From the NCBI GenBank assembly GCA_034928745.1, contig JAYFOS010000018.1, forward strand, positions 2,103-66,102: DNA of 64,000 nt, given 5' to 3'. This document shows positions 19,101 through 28,600 of this stretch, one piece after another. How positions within the stretch are numbered: position 1 is the first letter of the stretch; each line of letters begins with the position of its first letter. The notes beneath the pieces were generated by a model that was given only the letters and a program-made list of their open reading frames with translations, ran no database searches and was not told the origin of the DNA. The DNA comes from Rikenellaceae bacterium (GTDB taxonomy: Bacteria; Bacteroidota; Bacteroidia; Bacteroidales; UBA932). Both the position numbers and the translations under genes were made by a program.

Positions 19101-19685
19101 ATGAAGACATTTAATTTGAAAGGGACACCAAGAAGCGTGTCAAACAAACAGGCTGTCAAAACATTGAGGAGAAACGGTGAAGTTCCTTGCGTACTTTATG
19201 GTGCCGGTATCGAAAACGTACTTTTTTCAGTTAACGCAAAAGAACTTTTGCTTGTAACAAACACACCGAACTCTTACATCGTTGAACTTGAGATTGCCGA
19301 TAAAAAATATACAGCAGTTTATCACACTGCACAGTTCCACCCTGTAACAGACGAAGCTCTTCACGTTGATTTTCTCGCAGTTTCTGCAGAAAAACCCGTT
19401 TCAATCAATGTTCCTATCATTATCACCGGTAATTCAGAGGGCGTACGTCAGGGAGGAAAACTCAGCGTTTCAGCCAGAAAACTCAGAGTGTCAGCTTTAA
19501 TGGCCAATCTACCCGATACCCTTACTGTAGATATTACAAATTTAAGTCTTGGTAAGACAATTGTTGCAGGTGACCTTCAGTATGATAATATTCAGATACT
19601 TTCTCCTAAGAGTACAATTATCTGTGCTGTCAAGATGACAAGGGCGGCTATAGGTGCAGCAGCTGCCGCTGCAGCAGCAAAATAA
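19101..19685 (+). CDS. rplY: 50S ribosomal protein L25 / general stress protein Ctc
   Basis: RRNGEVPCVLYG N-terminal motif and the two-domain Ctc length (194 aa). Unusual Ala-rich tail AAIGAAAAAAAAK. Confidence 0.9.
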   Translation: MKTFNLKGTPRSVSNKQAVKTLRRNGEVPCVLYGAGIENVLFSVNAKELLLVTNTPNSYIVELEIADKKYTAVYHTAQFHPVTDEALHVDFLAVSAEKPVSINVPIIITGNSEGVRQGGKLSVSARKLRVSALMANLPDTLTVDITNLSLGKTIVAGDLQYDNIQILSPKSTIICAVKMTRAAIGAAAAAAAAK

Positions 19686-19702
19686 CAATATAGTGTTGTG
19701 GT

Positions 19703-20266
19703 ATGAGCTATCTTATAGTCGGATTAGGTAACATCGGAGCTGAGTATGCTGATACCCGCCACAATGCAGGATTTTATATGTTGGATGCCCTAGCAAGGAC
19801 ATCCAACTTATCTTTTATAAGTAGCCGTTATGGCTCTATTGCCGAGTATAGGTTTAAAGGAAAGAGGTTTGTTCTTCTCAAACCATCCACCTATATGAAT
19901 TTAAGCGGAAAAGCCGTGAACTACTGGCTAAAAGCGGAAAACATCGAACAGGAGAATATGCTTGTAGTGGTGGATGATATTGCCATTCCGTTTGGAGAGT
20001 TGAGAATGCGTAAGCAAGGGAGTGACGGCGGTCATAATGGGCTGAAAGATATCATATCAGTTCTTGGCAACAACAACTTTGCACGCATAAGAATAGGAAT
20101 AGGTGGAGATTTCTCAAGAGGACAGCAAATAGACTATGTCCTTGGAACATGGAGCTCAGAGGAGAGACTGGCATTGCCTGCTATTGCAGATAAAGCCATC
20201 GAGACTATCAAGATGTTCGGCACAGTCGGAGTTGACAGAACAATGAACTATTGCAACACAAAATGA
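19703..20266 (+). CDS. pth: Peptidyl-tRNA hydrolase
   Basis: LIVGLGNIGAEYADTRHNAGF and GSDGGHNGLKD motifs. Confidence 0.95.
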   Translation: MSYLIVGLGNIGAEYADTRHNAGFYMLDALARTSNLSFISSRYGSIAEYRFKGKRFVLLKPSTYMNLSGKAVNYWLKAENIEQENMLVVVDDIAIPFGELRMRKQGSDGGHNGLKDIISVLGNNNFARIRIGIGGDFSRGQQIDYVLGTWSSEERLALPAIADKAIETIKMFGTVGVDRTMNYCNTK

Positions 20267-20667
20267 GCAGGGTAGATAAGTTCCTATGGTCTGTTAGGAT
20301 TTACAAAACCCGCACAGATGCCACAGAGGCTTGCCGTTCAGGCAGGATAAAGGTTAACGGATTGGATGCTAAACCCTCACGAGAGGTCAAGGCGGGAGAC
20401 ATACTTACTATCCGTAAAGGGAGTATACATTTCCAATATAAGGTGGTTGCCGATGTGGAACGCAGGCAACCGGCAAGATTAGTAGAGGAGTATATATTAA
20501 ATATTACCCCTAAGGATGAACTTGAAAAGCTCAATATGCCCAGAGAGACCTTCTTCCTTGCCAGAAATCGCGGCACAGGCAGACCGACCAAGAAGGAGAG
20601 ACGCGACATGGACGATCTTCTGGACAGTGTGGACTTTCTATATGATACAGGAGAAGATGAAGATTAA
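20263..20667 (+). CDS. hslR: Heat-shock protein 15-like S4-domain RNA-binding protein
   Basis: S4 motif RVDKFLWSVRIYKTRTDATEACRSGRIKVNG. I prefer the ATG at 20263, which makes an ATGA overlap with the pth stop, over the TTG at 20251. Confidence 0.85.
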   Translation: MSRVDKFLWSVRIYKTRTDATEACRSGRIKVNGLDAKPSREVKAGDILTIRKGSIHFQYKVVADVERRQPARLVEEYILNITPKDELEKLNMPRETFFLARNRGTGRPTKKERRDMDDLLDSVDFLYDTGEDED

Positions 20668-21653
20668 CTTTTACCTGTAATCTCCAACAGCTGACATTTC
20701 GCACTATTTTTTAATATTGTGTATTCTCCCATTGCAGCCGGAATAAGCACGGTCTCACCTTTAGAAACCTTAAGAGAGGACTCTTTTGAATCTATCAGTA
20801 AGTCACCTTCAAGAACCATATATATAACAAAACTTTCAAAAGAGTTGCTGTCAAAACGCATTAACTTATCCGGATTAAGCACTGAAATCTTAAAGTAGTT
20901 GCAATCATTTATAAGCTCACTCTCTAAGACTTTTTTGCTTGAATTATGATATTGTGACAGATCGTATTTTCGATAATCTATTATGTCTATTGCAAGATCG
21001 AGGTGCATTTCACGGGCGGTCTGAGGGTTGTGCTCTCTTCCCCAGTCATATACCCTGTAAGTCACATCGGAGGTTGTCTGTATCTCTGCTACCAGAATTC
21101 CACCTGTGGCCGCATGAATTGTCCCGGGAGTAATCAGTACGTAGTCACCTTTCTTGGGAGTAATTACATTTAGTAGTTCATGAACAGTATCGTTATTGCA
21201 CTTATCGTATAACTCCTGCGGATTTGTGTCTCTGTTAAATCCCAAGTATATTTTTGCATCTGGGGTTGCATCAACTATATACCAAAGTTCAGTCTTGCCG
21301 TATGACTCATGTCTTGAAATTGCAGTCTCGTCATCCGGATGTACCTGGATTGATAGCCCTTGTTGTATATCTAGATATTTAATGAGAATTGGAAATTCAA
21401 CGCCGAATTTTTCATAGATTGCATCTCCTGTTATTTCGCCGAGATATGTCTCTACTAATTCATTAATATCGTTTTCTTTAAGATAACCATTTGCTATGAC
21501 CGATACATCTCCCTGTACACCGCTGAGTTCCCAGCTTTCACCAACAGGTTTGTTTCCTGTCTTAGGTTTCTTCAGAAGTTGAGATAGCTGATCTCCTCCC
21601 CAAACGCGTTCCTTAATTATTGGTTTGAATTTTAGTGGGTAAAGTGTTGCCAT
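20664..21653 (-). CDS. manA: Mannose-6-phosphate isomerase, class I
   Basis: N-terminus LYPLKFKPI..RVWGG and the zinc-site motif LSIQVHPDD. 329 aa. Confidence 0.85.
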   Translation of the reverse strand: MATLYPLKFKPIIKERVWGGDQLSQLLKKPKTGNKPVGESWELSGVQGDVSVIANGYLKENDINELVETYLGEITGDAIYEKFGVEFPILIKYLDIQQGLSIQVHPDDETAISRHESYGKTELWYIVDATPDAKIYLGFNRDTNPQELYDKCNNDTVHELLNVITPKKGDYVLITPGTIHAATGGILVAEIQTTSDVTYRVYDWGREHNPQTAREMHLDLAIDIIDYRKYDLSQYHNSSKKVLESELINDCNYFKISVLNPDKLMRFDSNSFESFVIYMVLEGDLLIDSKESSLKVSKGETVLIPAAMGEYTILKNSAKCQLLEITGKS

Positions 21654-22449
21654 ATTTGTAATTCATTAAAATGGTGGTTATTATCAAAAACAGAAATGAT
21701 AAAGCATAAAAAATATAATACTCATTGCCGGGGATAAGTTCTTTGAATCCTGCATCAGCAGACAAACCCGGATAAAGAAGTACAATAATATACGAGAACC
21801 CGTTATTTATGAAGTGAAGGAAGATTGTTGCCCAAAGAGATCCGGTTTTCCAATATATCCAACCCATGAGTGATCCTGCAAGAAAAGCTGGGATAGCTTG
21901 CCATGGGTTGAGGTGAATCACCCCGAAAATTAACGCAGACCAAAGTATCGCTTTCCAAGGTTTCATATGAAAAAGAAGCCCTCTGAGAATTATGCCTCTG
22001 CAGAATGTCTCTTCAAAAAGCGGAGCAAAGATAACCATCATAAGTAGGCTACTGTATTTATTCTTAGTCACACTTTCCAGCAAATCCTTAATAAAGTCCG
22101 GGACCGGCATCCATGAAGAGAGTGGTTCGGTAATATAGTTAAATGCCACCAGAAGCGGAGGAAGAAGCAAGAAAGTCAATATTCCTCCCAGACGCCCAAA
22201 ATCGGGAGCATTGAGAGGTTGCCTAATCTCTGACGGATACCTTTTTTTTGACCATCTCATCCAAAGGTAGGGTGGAAGGAATATTAAAGGGTATGCAATT
22301 ACAGGATGCCAATCAGATAAGAACGGTGTTGTTAGTTGAAGTATATATGTGACAGTACCGCTGACAATGCTGCCGCCGATTACCATCATTGCTACGAGTA
22401 TCCAGCATTCTCTCAAATCTGGAACATATGACCAGTATCTTCTGAACAT
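21613..22449 (-). CDS. CPBP-family intramembrane glutamic endopeptidase (CAAX protease-like)
   Basis: Polytopic, with FEETFCRG, FGVIHLNP and HFINN, the three conserved CPBP motifs. Confidence 0.8.
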   Translation of the reverse strand: MFRRYWSYVPDLRECWILVAMMVIGGSIVSGTVTYILQLTTPFLSDWHPVIAYPLIFLPPYLWMRWSKKRYPSEIRQPLNAPDFGRLGGILTFLLLPPLLVAFNYITEPLSSWMPVPDFIKDLLESVTKNKYSSLLMMVIFAPLFEETFCRGIILRGLLFHMKPWKAILWSALIFGVIHLNPWQAIPAFLAGSLMGWIYWKTGSLWATIFLHFINNGFSYIIVLLYPGLSADAGFKELIPGNEYYIFYALSFLFLIITTILMNYKYGNTLPTKIQTNN

Positions 22450-23364
22450 TTAGAGTTTCTTAAAAAGTGGGGATGGGTATACTCCTTCGCTACTCAATGA
22501 AGCAAGTCGGGTGACTACATATTCTCGATCTTCCTTGAAGGTCACTCCGAACCATTGATCCTTTGTGTTCAGGACTTTACATGTGGCATTGCCACTTTTG
22601 ACAATCTGGTTTACTACATAAGGAATATAGTACTCTGCAGTTAAATTCTCCTGGTTTGTCAGTAGGAATTCCTTGAACAGCTCTTCATTTCTAGAGAAAA
22701 GATCTGGGGTGAATCCCCAAATATTCATCGATACGAGCGTAGAATGAGATATCGACACTCTTTCTCCGTTTGAATTGACACCATAAATTCCATCACCCTC
22801 ACGGGATATTTTATGATGCTCTTCAACCCCTGTAAGACAGCACTCTTCATTGACCGAACATACACCTCGCGAGACACTGCCGGACTCGGAGAGGGTATTG
22901 TCAACATCAAAACCAACCATTGCATAAACTCCCTTTTTTCCCTCATTCTCCATTAAAAAACGCCCCAGGACTTCAAATGAGTGACGGCCGTAATAATCAT
23001 CAGCGTTAATCACTGCAAAAGGTGTGTCAATCACATCCTTTGCTACCAATACTGCATGTCCGGTTCCCCAAGGTTTGCTTCGTTCACTATTATATGTATA
23101 TCCGGAAGGAATCTTGTACAACTCTTGTTCTACGAAAACAAAATCAAGAGAGTTGCCGTAGCGTTCCCTGACACTCTGTTCGAATACCTCTCTGAAGCTA
23201 CTTCTTATTATGAATACGATTTTACCGAATCCGGCCCTTAATGCGTCAAAAACAGAGTAATCCATTATTGTCTCTCCGCAAGGCCCAACACCGTCAAGTT
23301 GCTTCAGTCCCCCGTATCGACTCCCCATACCTGCGGCAAGTATTAGTAACGTTGGTTTTGTCAT
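22450..23364 (-). CDS. Sugar-phosphate nucleotidyltransferase (NTP_transferase fold)
   Basis: N-terminal LILAAGMGSRYGGLKQ glycine-rich nucleotide-binding loop. Substrate not assignable by eye. Confidence 0.7.
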   Translation of the reverse strand: MTKPTLLILAAGMGSRYGGLKQLDGVGPCGETIMDYSVFDALRAGFGKIVFIIRSSFREVFEQSVRERYGNSLDFVFVEQELYKIPSGYTYNSERSKPWGTGHAVLVAKDVIDTPFAVINADDYYGRHSFEVLGRFLMENEGKKGVYAMVGFDVDNTLSESGSVSRGVCSVNEECCLTGVEEHHKISREGDGIYGVNSNGERVSISHSTLVSMNIWGFTPDLFSRNEELFKEFLLTNQENLTAEYYIPYVVNQIVKSGNATCKVLNTKDQWFGVTFKEDREYVVTRLASLSSEGVYPSPLFKKL

Positions 23365-23401
23365 TATTGATTATCTTGATTAATAGTGACAAAATTATTA
23401 T

Positions 23402-23409
23402 TATTTTTG
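23402..23409 (+). promoter_or_regulatory. Candidate -7 promoter box (TATTTTTG) for the ftsB-like gene
   Basis: Exact TAnnTTTG, 27 nt upstream of the ATG at 23436. Confidence 0.3.
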
Positions 23410-23435
23410 CGAAAACTACAATTTAGAACCAAAAG

Positions 23436-23744
23436 ATGTGGCAGAAGATAAAAGAGACAAGATTGATAAAGATTGTTAAAAACAGATTTTTTTTAGCCAC
23501 ATTTATATTTGCGGTCTGGGTCATATTTTTCGATCAAAACAGCCTTATCGACTGGTTCAGCGTTAGGATGCGAATTCTTAGACAAGAACGTCAGATAGAG
23601 TATTATAACAGAGAGATAAAATCTATCGACGAGAAACTCCAGGAACTGAGTTCAAATAAAGACAGTCTTGAGAAGTTTGCACGGGAGCAATACTATTTTC
23701 ATGAAGATGATGAAGATCTCTATATTATAGAGGAGAAGAAGTGA
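23436..23744 (+). CDS. Septum formation initiator (FtsB/DivIC family)
   Basis: 102 aa with an N-terminal TM helix followed by a coiled coil (RILRQERQIEYYNREIKSIDEKLQEL). Confidence 0.7.
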   Translation: MWQKIKETRLIKIVKNRFFLATFIFAVWVIFFDQNSLIDWFSVRMRILRQERQIEYYNREIKSIDEKLQELSSNKDSLEKFAREQYYFHEDDEDLYIIEEKK

Positions 23745-24432
23745 TTGTTAATAAATCTCTAAGATCATTACTGTTGTAAGTAGGTTCACCATCACAAGGA
23801 ATAGATTTATAATTATAGAAAAACTGATCTATTCCGAATATCATTGCACCTTCAATGTCGTTGGCAAAGTCATCCCCAATCATCAAAGTCTCATTTTTCT
23901 CTCCGCCTATTGCTTCCAAAGCCCTTTTAAACAAAATAGGGGAGGGTTTATGAACGCCTTGTTCCTCTGAAATCATTACTGCATTGAAAAAATCTGCAAT
24001 CCCCGAGTTTTGAAGTTTCCTGTATTGGACCTCTTTAAACCCATTTGAAACTAATGCGAATATCCCGCCTCTCTTCTTCAGTTCAATGAGAACCTCCATA
24101 GCATAGGGCATTAAAGCTGTCTGGTCAGGCATAGTATCTAGGTAGTCCTCTCCAAAAACCTTGGCAAGGTCAACGTTGTCAATCCCGTACCTGAGTAATG
24201 TCTGGTGAAATCTCTCAACACGAAGTGTCTCCTTGGATATTATACCCTTTTCATATTGACTCCAGAGAATGTGATTAATCTCATCGTAATTATCGTAGAA
24301 AACAACTTTATCACCGACCTGTAGAGAATATTTGTCTATTAGCCGTGAAATGTTCGTTCTTGCATTCAGATCAAAGTTCCAAAGCGTTCTGTCAAGATCA
24401 AACAGGAAGTACTTGTATTTTTTTTGTTTCAC
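23725..24432 (-). CDS. HAD-superfamily hydrolase, YjjG-like nucleotidase
   Basis: Motif I FDLDRTLW, motif II VSNG and motif IV GDDFANDIEGA. Confidence 0.8.
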   Translation of the reverse strand: MKQKKYKYFLFDLDRTLWNFDLNARTNISRLIDKYSLQVGDKVVFYDNYDEINHILWSQYEKGIISKETLRVERFHQTLLRYGIDNVDLAKVFGEDYLDTMPDQTALMPYAMEVLIELKKRGGIFALVSNGFKEVQYRKLQNSGIADFFNAVMISEEQGVHKPSPILFKRALEAIGGEKNETLMIGDDFANDIEGAMIFGIDQFFYNYKSIPCDGEPTYNSNDLRDLLTITSSPL

Positions 24433-24434
24433 AG

Positions 24435-25685
24435 CTATTTTGTATAATAATCAATCATTTTGTTGATAGCTCTCACACATACAGGGCAAAAGCCTTTTGC
24501 CGTGTTTGTTTTCATCCTGCAATCCTCAGCGGGTCTGAAGATTCCCTTAGCCATATATCCGCCTCCTTCATATGTTCCGACTCCATCTTTCCCTACCATA
24601 TCTTTCCATTTGGATCCGAAGTCAACCATTGTGGTCAGATTTGGTTCCCACGGCTCTACCTTTAAATTGTAAAACTCTTCGTAAGCCACTTGAGAAGTAT
24701 AGTATTCGTCTCCAAGACCGGCAAATGAATGACCGAACTCATGAACAAAAACCATCGCTTCAGTGGGGTGATCCGACATACTCAGTCCATAATAGTTGTA
24801 AATACCTCCACCTCCGTATTTATTAGTATTAACTATCACATATATTGCATCAAACGGGGAATTTGAAACAGTAGAGCCTACAAGAGAATATTCAGGTGCG
24901 GTCAGGTAACGGTCTATTTTAAATGTGTAAAAGTTGGAAGCTATTACGGTGTTTTTCCATACACCCTGATGAGGAATGTCAGTTCCACTTTCTTTAGACA
25001 AAGATTTTATTGCCCATATGTTGAAATCATCTTTTCTTGACTTATAGGGCTCAATATTGAACAGGTATTCTGTAAATTTTCCTGCATCTTTTATGAATTT
25101 ATCCATGTCAGCGGCAGTGTATCCCTCAGCAACAAACAGTACATCAACCTTGTTTGAACAATTTCCGTTATTGAGTATGGAGATAACTTCAAAATCATTC
25201 TCTTTCTCGCAGCTTATCGAGAGATCCGTCGGGTCAATCTCAAAATTGGATAATTCTGCAAGTTTCCCGTCAGACTTTCTTCTCTCTGAAAAAACAACCT
25301 TTATTCTCTCTTTTGGCCAAGGTATCCAACATGCTCCTGAAAAGGATTTTGACACGGATTTAGCTTCAGATGTTGTCCTCCACTCCTGGAAAAGGTTGTT
25401 GAACCCATTTGTGTATATAGTTTTGCCATCTTTTGCAACAATCTGAATATTGTATTCCCCATAACAGAAAGGAGATATAAGTTTTGTCCGTGTACCGCTC
25501 CATTCGTTTTCCTTATGCACCCCTTTGAGAAATATCTCTTGTTTTTCCGAGTTCCCTGCAAAAGTGAGATCTATTCTCATTCGTTGTGAGGTAAAATAGT
25601 TATCATAATCGACATTGCCGGATTCCTGAGCGAATGATAGCAAAGAAACCAGTAATAATACTGCTGCCAGTAAATATGTTTTCAT
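24435..25685 (-). CDS. M64-family (IgA-peptidase-like) secreted zinc metallopeptidase
   Basis: Signal peptide and HEFGHSFAGLGDEY, the extended HExxH motif typical of M64. Confidence 0.8.
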   Translation of the reverse strand: MKTYLLAAVLLLVSLLSFAQESGNVDYDNYFTSQRMRIDLTFAGNSEKQEIFLKGVHKENEWSGTRTKLISPFCYGEYNIQIVAKDGKTIYTNGFNNLFQEWRTTSEAKSVSKSFSGACWIPWPKERIKVVFSERRKSDGKLAELSNFEIDPTDLSISCEKENDFEVISILNNGNCSNKVDVLFVAEGYTAADMDKFIKDAGKFTEYLFNIEPYKSRKDDFNIWAIKSLSKESGTDIPHQGVWKNTVIASNFYTFKIDRYLTAPEYSLVGSTVSNSPFDAIYVIVNTNKYGGGGIYNYYGLSMSDHPTEAMVFVHEFGHSFAGLGDEYYTSQVAYEEFYNLKVEPWEPNLTTMVDFGSKWKDMVGKDGVGTYEGGGYMAKGIFRPAEDCRMKTNTAKGFCPVCVRAINKMIDYYTK

Positions 25686-25700
25686 CTGTTTTACTTATAA

Positions 25701-27038
25701 TTAAATACCGGTATAGGTTGAGGGGGTTATAGAACGAAGCTCTTTCCTGATATCTTCACTGACATCCAGACGGTCAATAAATTCTGAGATAAGTTCTTGG
25801 TTGACAGGCCTGTTCGTGCGAGTGAGACTTTTGAGAGTCTCGTACGGATTAGGATAATTCTCTCTTCTGAGAATTGTCTGTATAGCCTCTGCAACTACAG
25901 CCCAGTTTGCATTTAGATCCCTTTCAAGGGCACTCTCATTTAGAATGAGTTTAGACAGACCTTTCTGTATAGATTTGAACGATATCAGGCTGTGTGCAAC
26001 CGGAACGCCTATGTTTCTCAAAACGGTTGAGTCGGTGAGGTCTCGTTGAAGCCTTGATACAGGTAATTTTGATGCTAAATGCTCGTATATGGCGTTTGCT
26101 ATACCAAGGTTTCCTTCTGCATTTTCAAAATCGATAGGATTAACTTTGTGAGGCATGGCTGATGATCCAACCTCCCCCTCCTTGATCCTTTGACGAAAAT
26201 ACTCTATTGAAATATAGAGCCACATATCGCGGCTAAGGTCAATTAAAATTGTATTTATTCTTTTCAGATTGTCAAACATGGCCGCAAAATAGTCATAATG
26301 CTCTATCTGAGTAGTAGGATATGAGCGTCTCAAACCCAGCTTGTTACTGATAAAGTCATTTGCAAACTTGTTCCAGTCTATTTCAGGGTATGCTACATGA
26401 TGTGCATTCATATTGCCGGTTGCTCCTCCGAATTTGGCAGCTATCGGTAGAGACTTGAGCAACTGTAGTTGTTCATTCAATCTGACTACGAAAACATTTA
26501 TCTCTTTTCCAAGCCTTGTTGGAGAGGCTGGTTGTCCGTGAGTCCTTGCAAGCATCGGTATATCTTTCCAATCTTCAGCAAGACCTTTGAGTTTTTCGAT
26601 AAGAGACACCAATTGAGGCTTGTATGTTTTTTCCAGCACATCTGACATAGAGAGCGGAACGGCAGTGTTGTTTATATCCTGCGATGTAAGACCAAAATGG
26701 ACAAATTCCCTGTATTGAGTTAGTCCTAGTGTCTCGAAGCGTTTTTTTATGAAATATTCTACAGCCTTAACATCGTGGTTGGTGACAGACTCTATCTGTT
26801 TGATCTCTTCAGCATCTTCAAGAGAGAACTCTTTATAGATATTCTTAAGTGCCCATATACTCTCGATTTTTACGTCTGAAAGTTGAGGCAGGGGAATTTC
26901 ACAAAGAGCTATAAAATATTCGATCTCAACATACACCCGGTATCTGATGAGCGCATATTCAGAGAAAAAATCGGATAGTTCTTCAACCTGTTTGTAATAT
27001 CTGCCGTCAACAGGGGAGATTGCAAGTATGTTCTTCAT
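25701..27038 (-). CDS. purB: Adenylosuccinate lyase
   Basis: SPVDGRY N-terminus and the fumarate-lyase signature GSSAMPHKVNP. Confidence 0.95.
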   Translation of the reverse strand: MKNILAISPVDGRYYKQVEELSDFFSEYALIRYRVYVEIEYFIALCEIPLPQLSDVKIESIWALKNIYKEFSLEDAEEIKQIESVTNHDVKAVEYFIKKRFETLGLTQYREFVHFGLTSQDINNTAVPLSMSDVLEKTYKPQLVSLIEKLKGLAEDWKDIPMLARTHGQPASPTRLGKEINVFVVRLNEQLQLLKSLPIAAKFGGATGNMNAHHVAYPEIDWNKFANDFISNKLGLRRSYPTTQIEHYDYFAAMFDNLKRINTILIDLSRDMWLYISIEYFRQRIKEGEVGSSAMPHKVNPIDFENAEGNLGIANAIYEHLASKLPVSRLQRDLTDSTVLRNIGVPVAHSLISFKSIQKGLSKLILNESALERDLNANWAVVAEAIQTILRRENYPNPYETLKSLTRTNRPVNQELISEFIDRLDVSEDIRKELRSITPSTYTGI

Positions 27039-27050
27039 ATATGGATATAA

Positions 27051-27872
27051 TTAAGCGATAAAGTTAGTAAAGATTTTTACAATCTGTCTGGCCTCTTTAA
27101 CGTCATGAACCCTGAGAATGTCAGCCCCCTTGATAAGCGCTTGAAAATTAAGAGCTGTTGTCGCAGAAAGTGATTCTTCCGGTGTGATACCAAGAAACTT
27201 GTGAATCATGCTTTTTCTTGAAATGCCAACCAGTATGGGCCAGTTTCCTGAGCCGTCACCCTTCGCGATTTTAAGTTCAGGTAGTCTCTTCAGAAGTTGA
27301 TAATTCTGAGAGATATCCTTTGCAAAACCGAATCCGGGATCAAGAGTCACATCTTTAATGCCTTTATCTTTTGCTTTCTTTAGGAAATCAATAAAATAAT
27401 CATGGACATCTTTTACAACGTCATCATACTGGCAGAAACTTTGCATGTTTTCAGGAGTTCCCCGCTTATGCATTGCTATATAAGGTAGTTCCAGCTTAGC
27501 AACCATGTCAAGCATCCCGGGATCATCCTCTCCTGCAGAGATGTCATTTACAATGAAGTCACCGATAAAATCATAAGCCCGTTCAACAACTGAAGCTCTG
27601 AAAGTGTCAATCGATACAGTACACTGCGGGTAGCTTTTCATAAGGACCTTAAGCCCTGGTTTCAGGTATTCCCACTCAAGATCCTCCGGGATGCTTTTAA
27701 GTCCGGGCTTTGTAGAACATGCTCCGAGGTCAATTATGTCTGCATTCTCCCGAACCATCATCTCAACCCTCTCCTCAATTTGTTTCTCTGTTGTACAACG
27801 GCTTTCAGTGTAAAAGGAGTCCGGATTGAGATTGATTATGCCCATCACAGACGGCGATTTTGTATGTGCCAT
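27051..27872 (-). CDS. folP: Dihydropteroate synthase
   Basis: VMGIINLNPDSFY and DIIDLGACSTKPG motifs. Confidence 0.9.
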   Translation of the reverse strand: MAHTKSPSVMGIINLNPDSFYTESRCTTEKQIEERVEMMVRENADIIDLGACSTKPGLKSIPEDLEWEYLKPGLKVLMKSYPQCTVSIDTFRASVVERAYDFIGDFIVNDISAGEDDPGMLDMVAKLELPYIAMHKRGTPENMQSFCQYDDVVKDVHDYFIDFLKKAKDKGIKDVTLDPGFGFAKDISQNYQLLKRLPELKIAKGDGSGNWPILVGISRKSMIHKFLGITPEESLSATTALNFQALIKGADILRVHDVKEARQIVKIFTNFIA

Positions 27873-27921
27873 ATGGTTTTATTAACTAACTTTGCTTAAT
27901 CACACAAATATAGGACTAATT

Positions 27922-28599
27922 ATGCTTATTGTACTTGAAGGATTGGACGGAGCAGGGAAATCGACACAAATATCATTGATGCAGAGTTATTTCCAAAATT
28001 TAGGCAAGGATGTCAAGTTGCTTCATTTTCCAAGATTCAATGCCCCTGTTTATGGCGACATGATAGCAAGATTCCTCAGAGGAGAACTTGGAGCAATAGA
28101 TCAGGTACACCCTCTGGTGATAGCTCTACTTTTTGCAGGAGACAGAAATGATGCCGCTCCTATGCTGAGAAAATGGCTGGATGAGGAGAGCATTGTGATA
28201 TTAGACAGATATGTTTATTCAAATATTGCCTTTCAGTGTGCAAAGGCAAAAAACGAGAAGGAGGAGGAGACTGTCAGAGAGTGGATTTTAAATACAGAAT
28301 TCTCTGTATTCTCGATTCCGAAGCCGGATCTCAACATTTTCCTGGATGTCCCGATTGGTTTTGTAAACAGGAAGCTCAGTGAAAACAGAGAGGGGGAGGA
28401 GAGAGAGTATCTCAAGGGAAAGCGGGATATACATGAGGCAGATATATTATTCCAGCAAAGGGTAAGAGAAATCTACCTCTCTCAATGTGGAATGGATAGT
28501 AGTTTTATTAGGCTTGACTGTTCTGATTCTAATGGGGAAATGTTGGATTCAGGGTCAATATTCAACATGATATTGTTTCAAATACAAAAGATAGGCTGA
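27922..28599 (+). CDS. tmk: dTMP (thymidylate) kinase
   Basis: P-loop LEGLDGAGKSTQ and DRY motif. I prefer the ATG at 27922 over the TTG at 27892. Confidence 0.9.
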   Translation: MLIVLEGLDGAGKSTQISLMQSYFQNLGKDVKLLHFPRFNAPVYGDMIARFLRGELGAIDQVHPLVIALLFAGDRNDAAPMLRKWLDEESIVILDRYVYSNIAFQCAKAKNEKEEETVREWILNTEFSVFSIPKPDLNIFLDVPIGFVNRKLSENREGEEREYLKGKRDIHEADILFQQRVREIYLSQCGMDSSFIRLDCSDSNGEMLDSGSIFNMILFQIQKIG

Positions 28600-28600
28600 A

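Noticed and set aside
21613-21653. 41-nt same-strand overlap between the CPBP protease gene end and the manA start
   Set aside because: Both ends look genuine: the manA N-terminus LYPLKF is canonical. The overlap is probably just compact gene packing, and no frameshift or fusion signal was seen.
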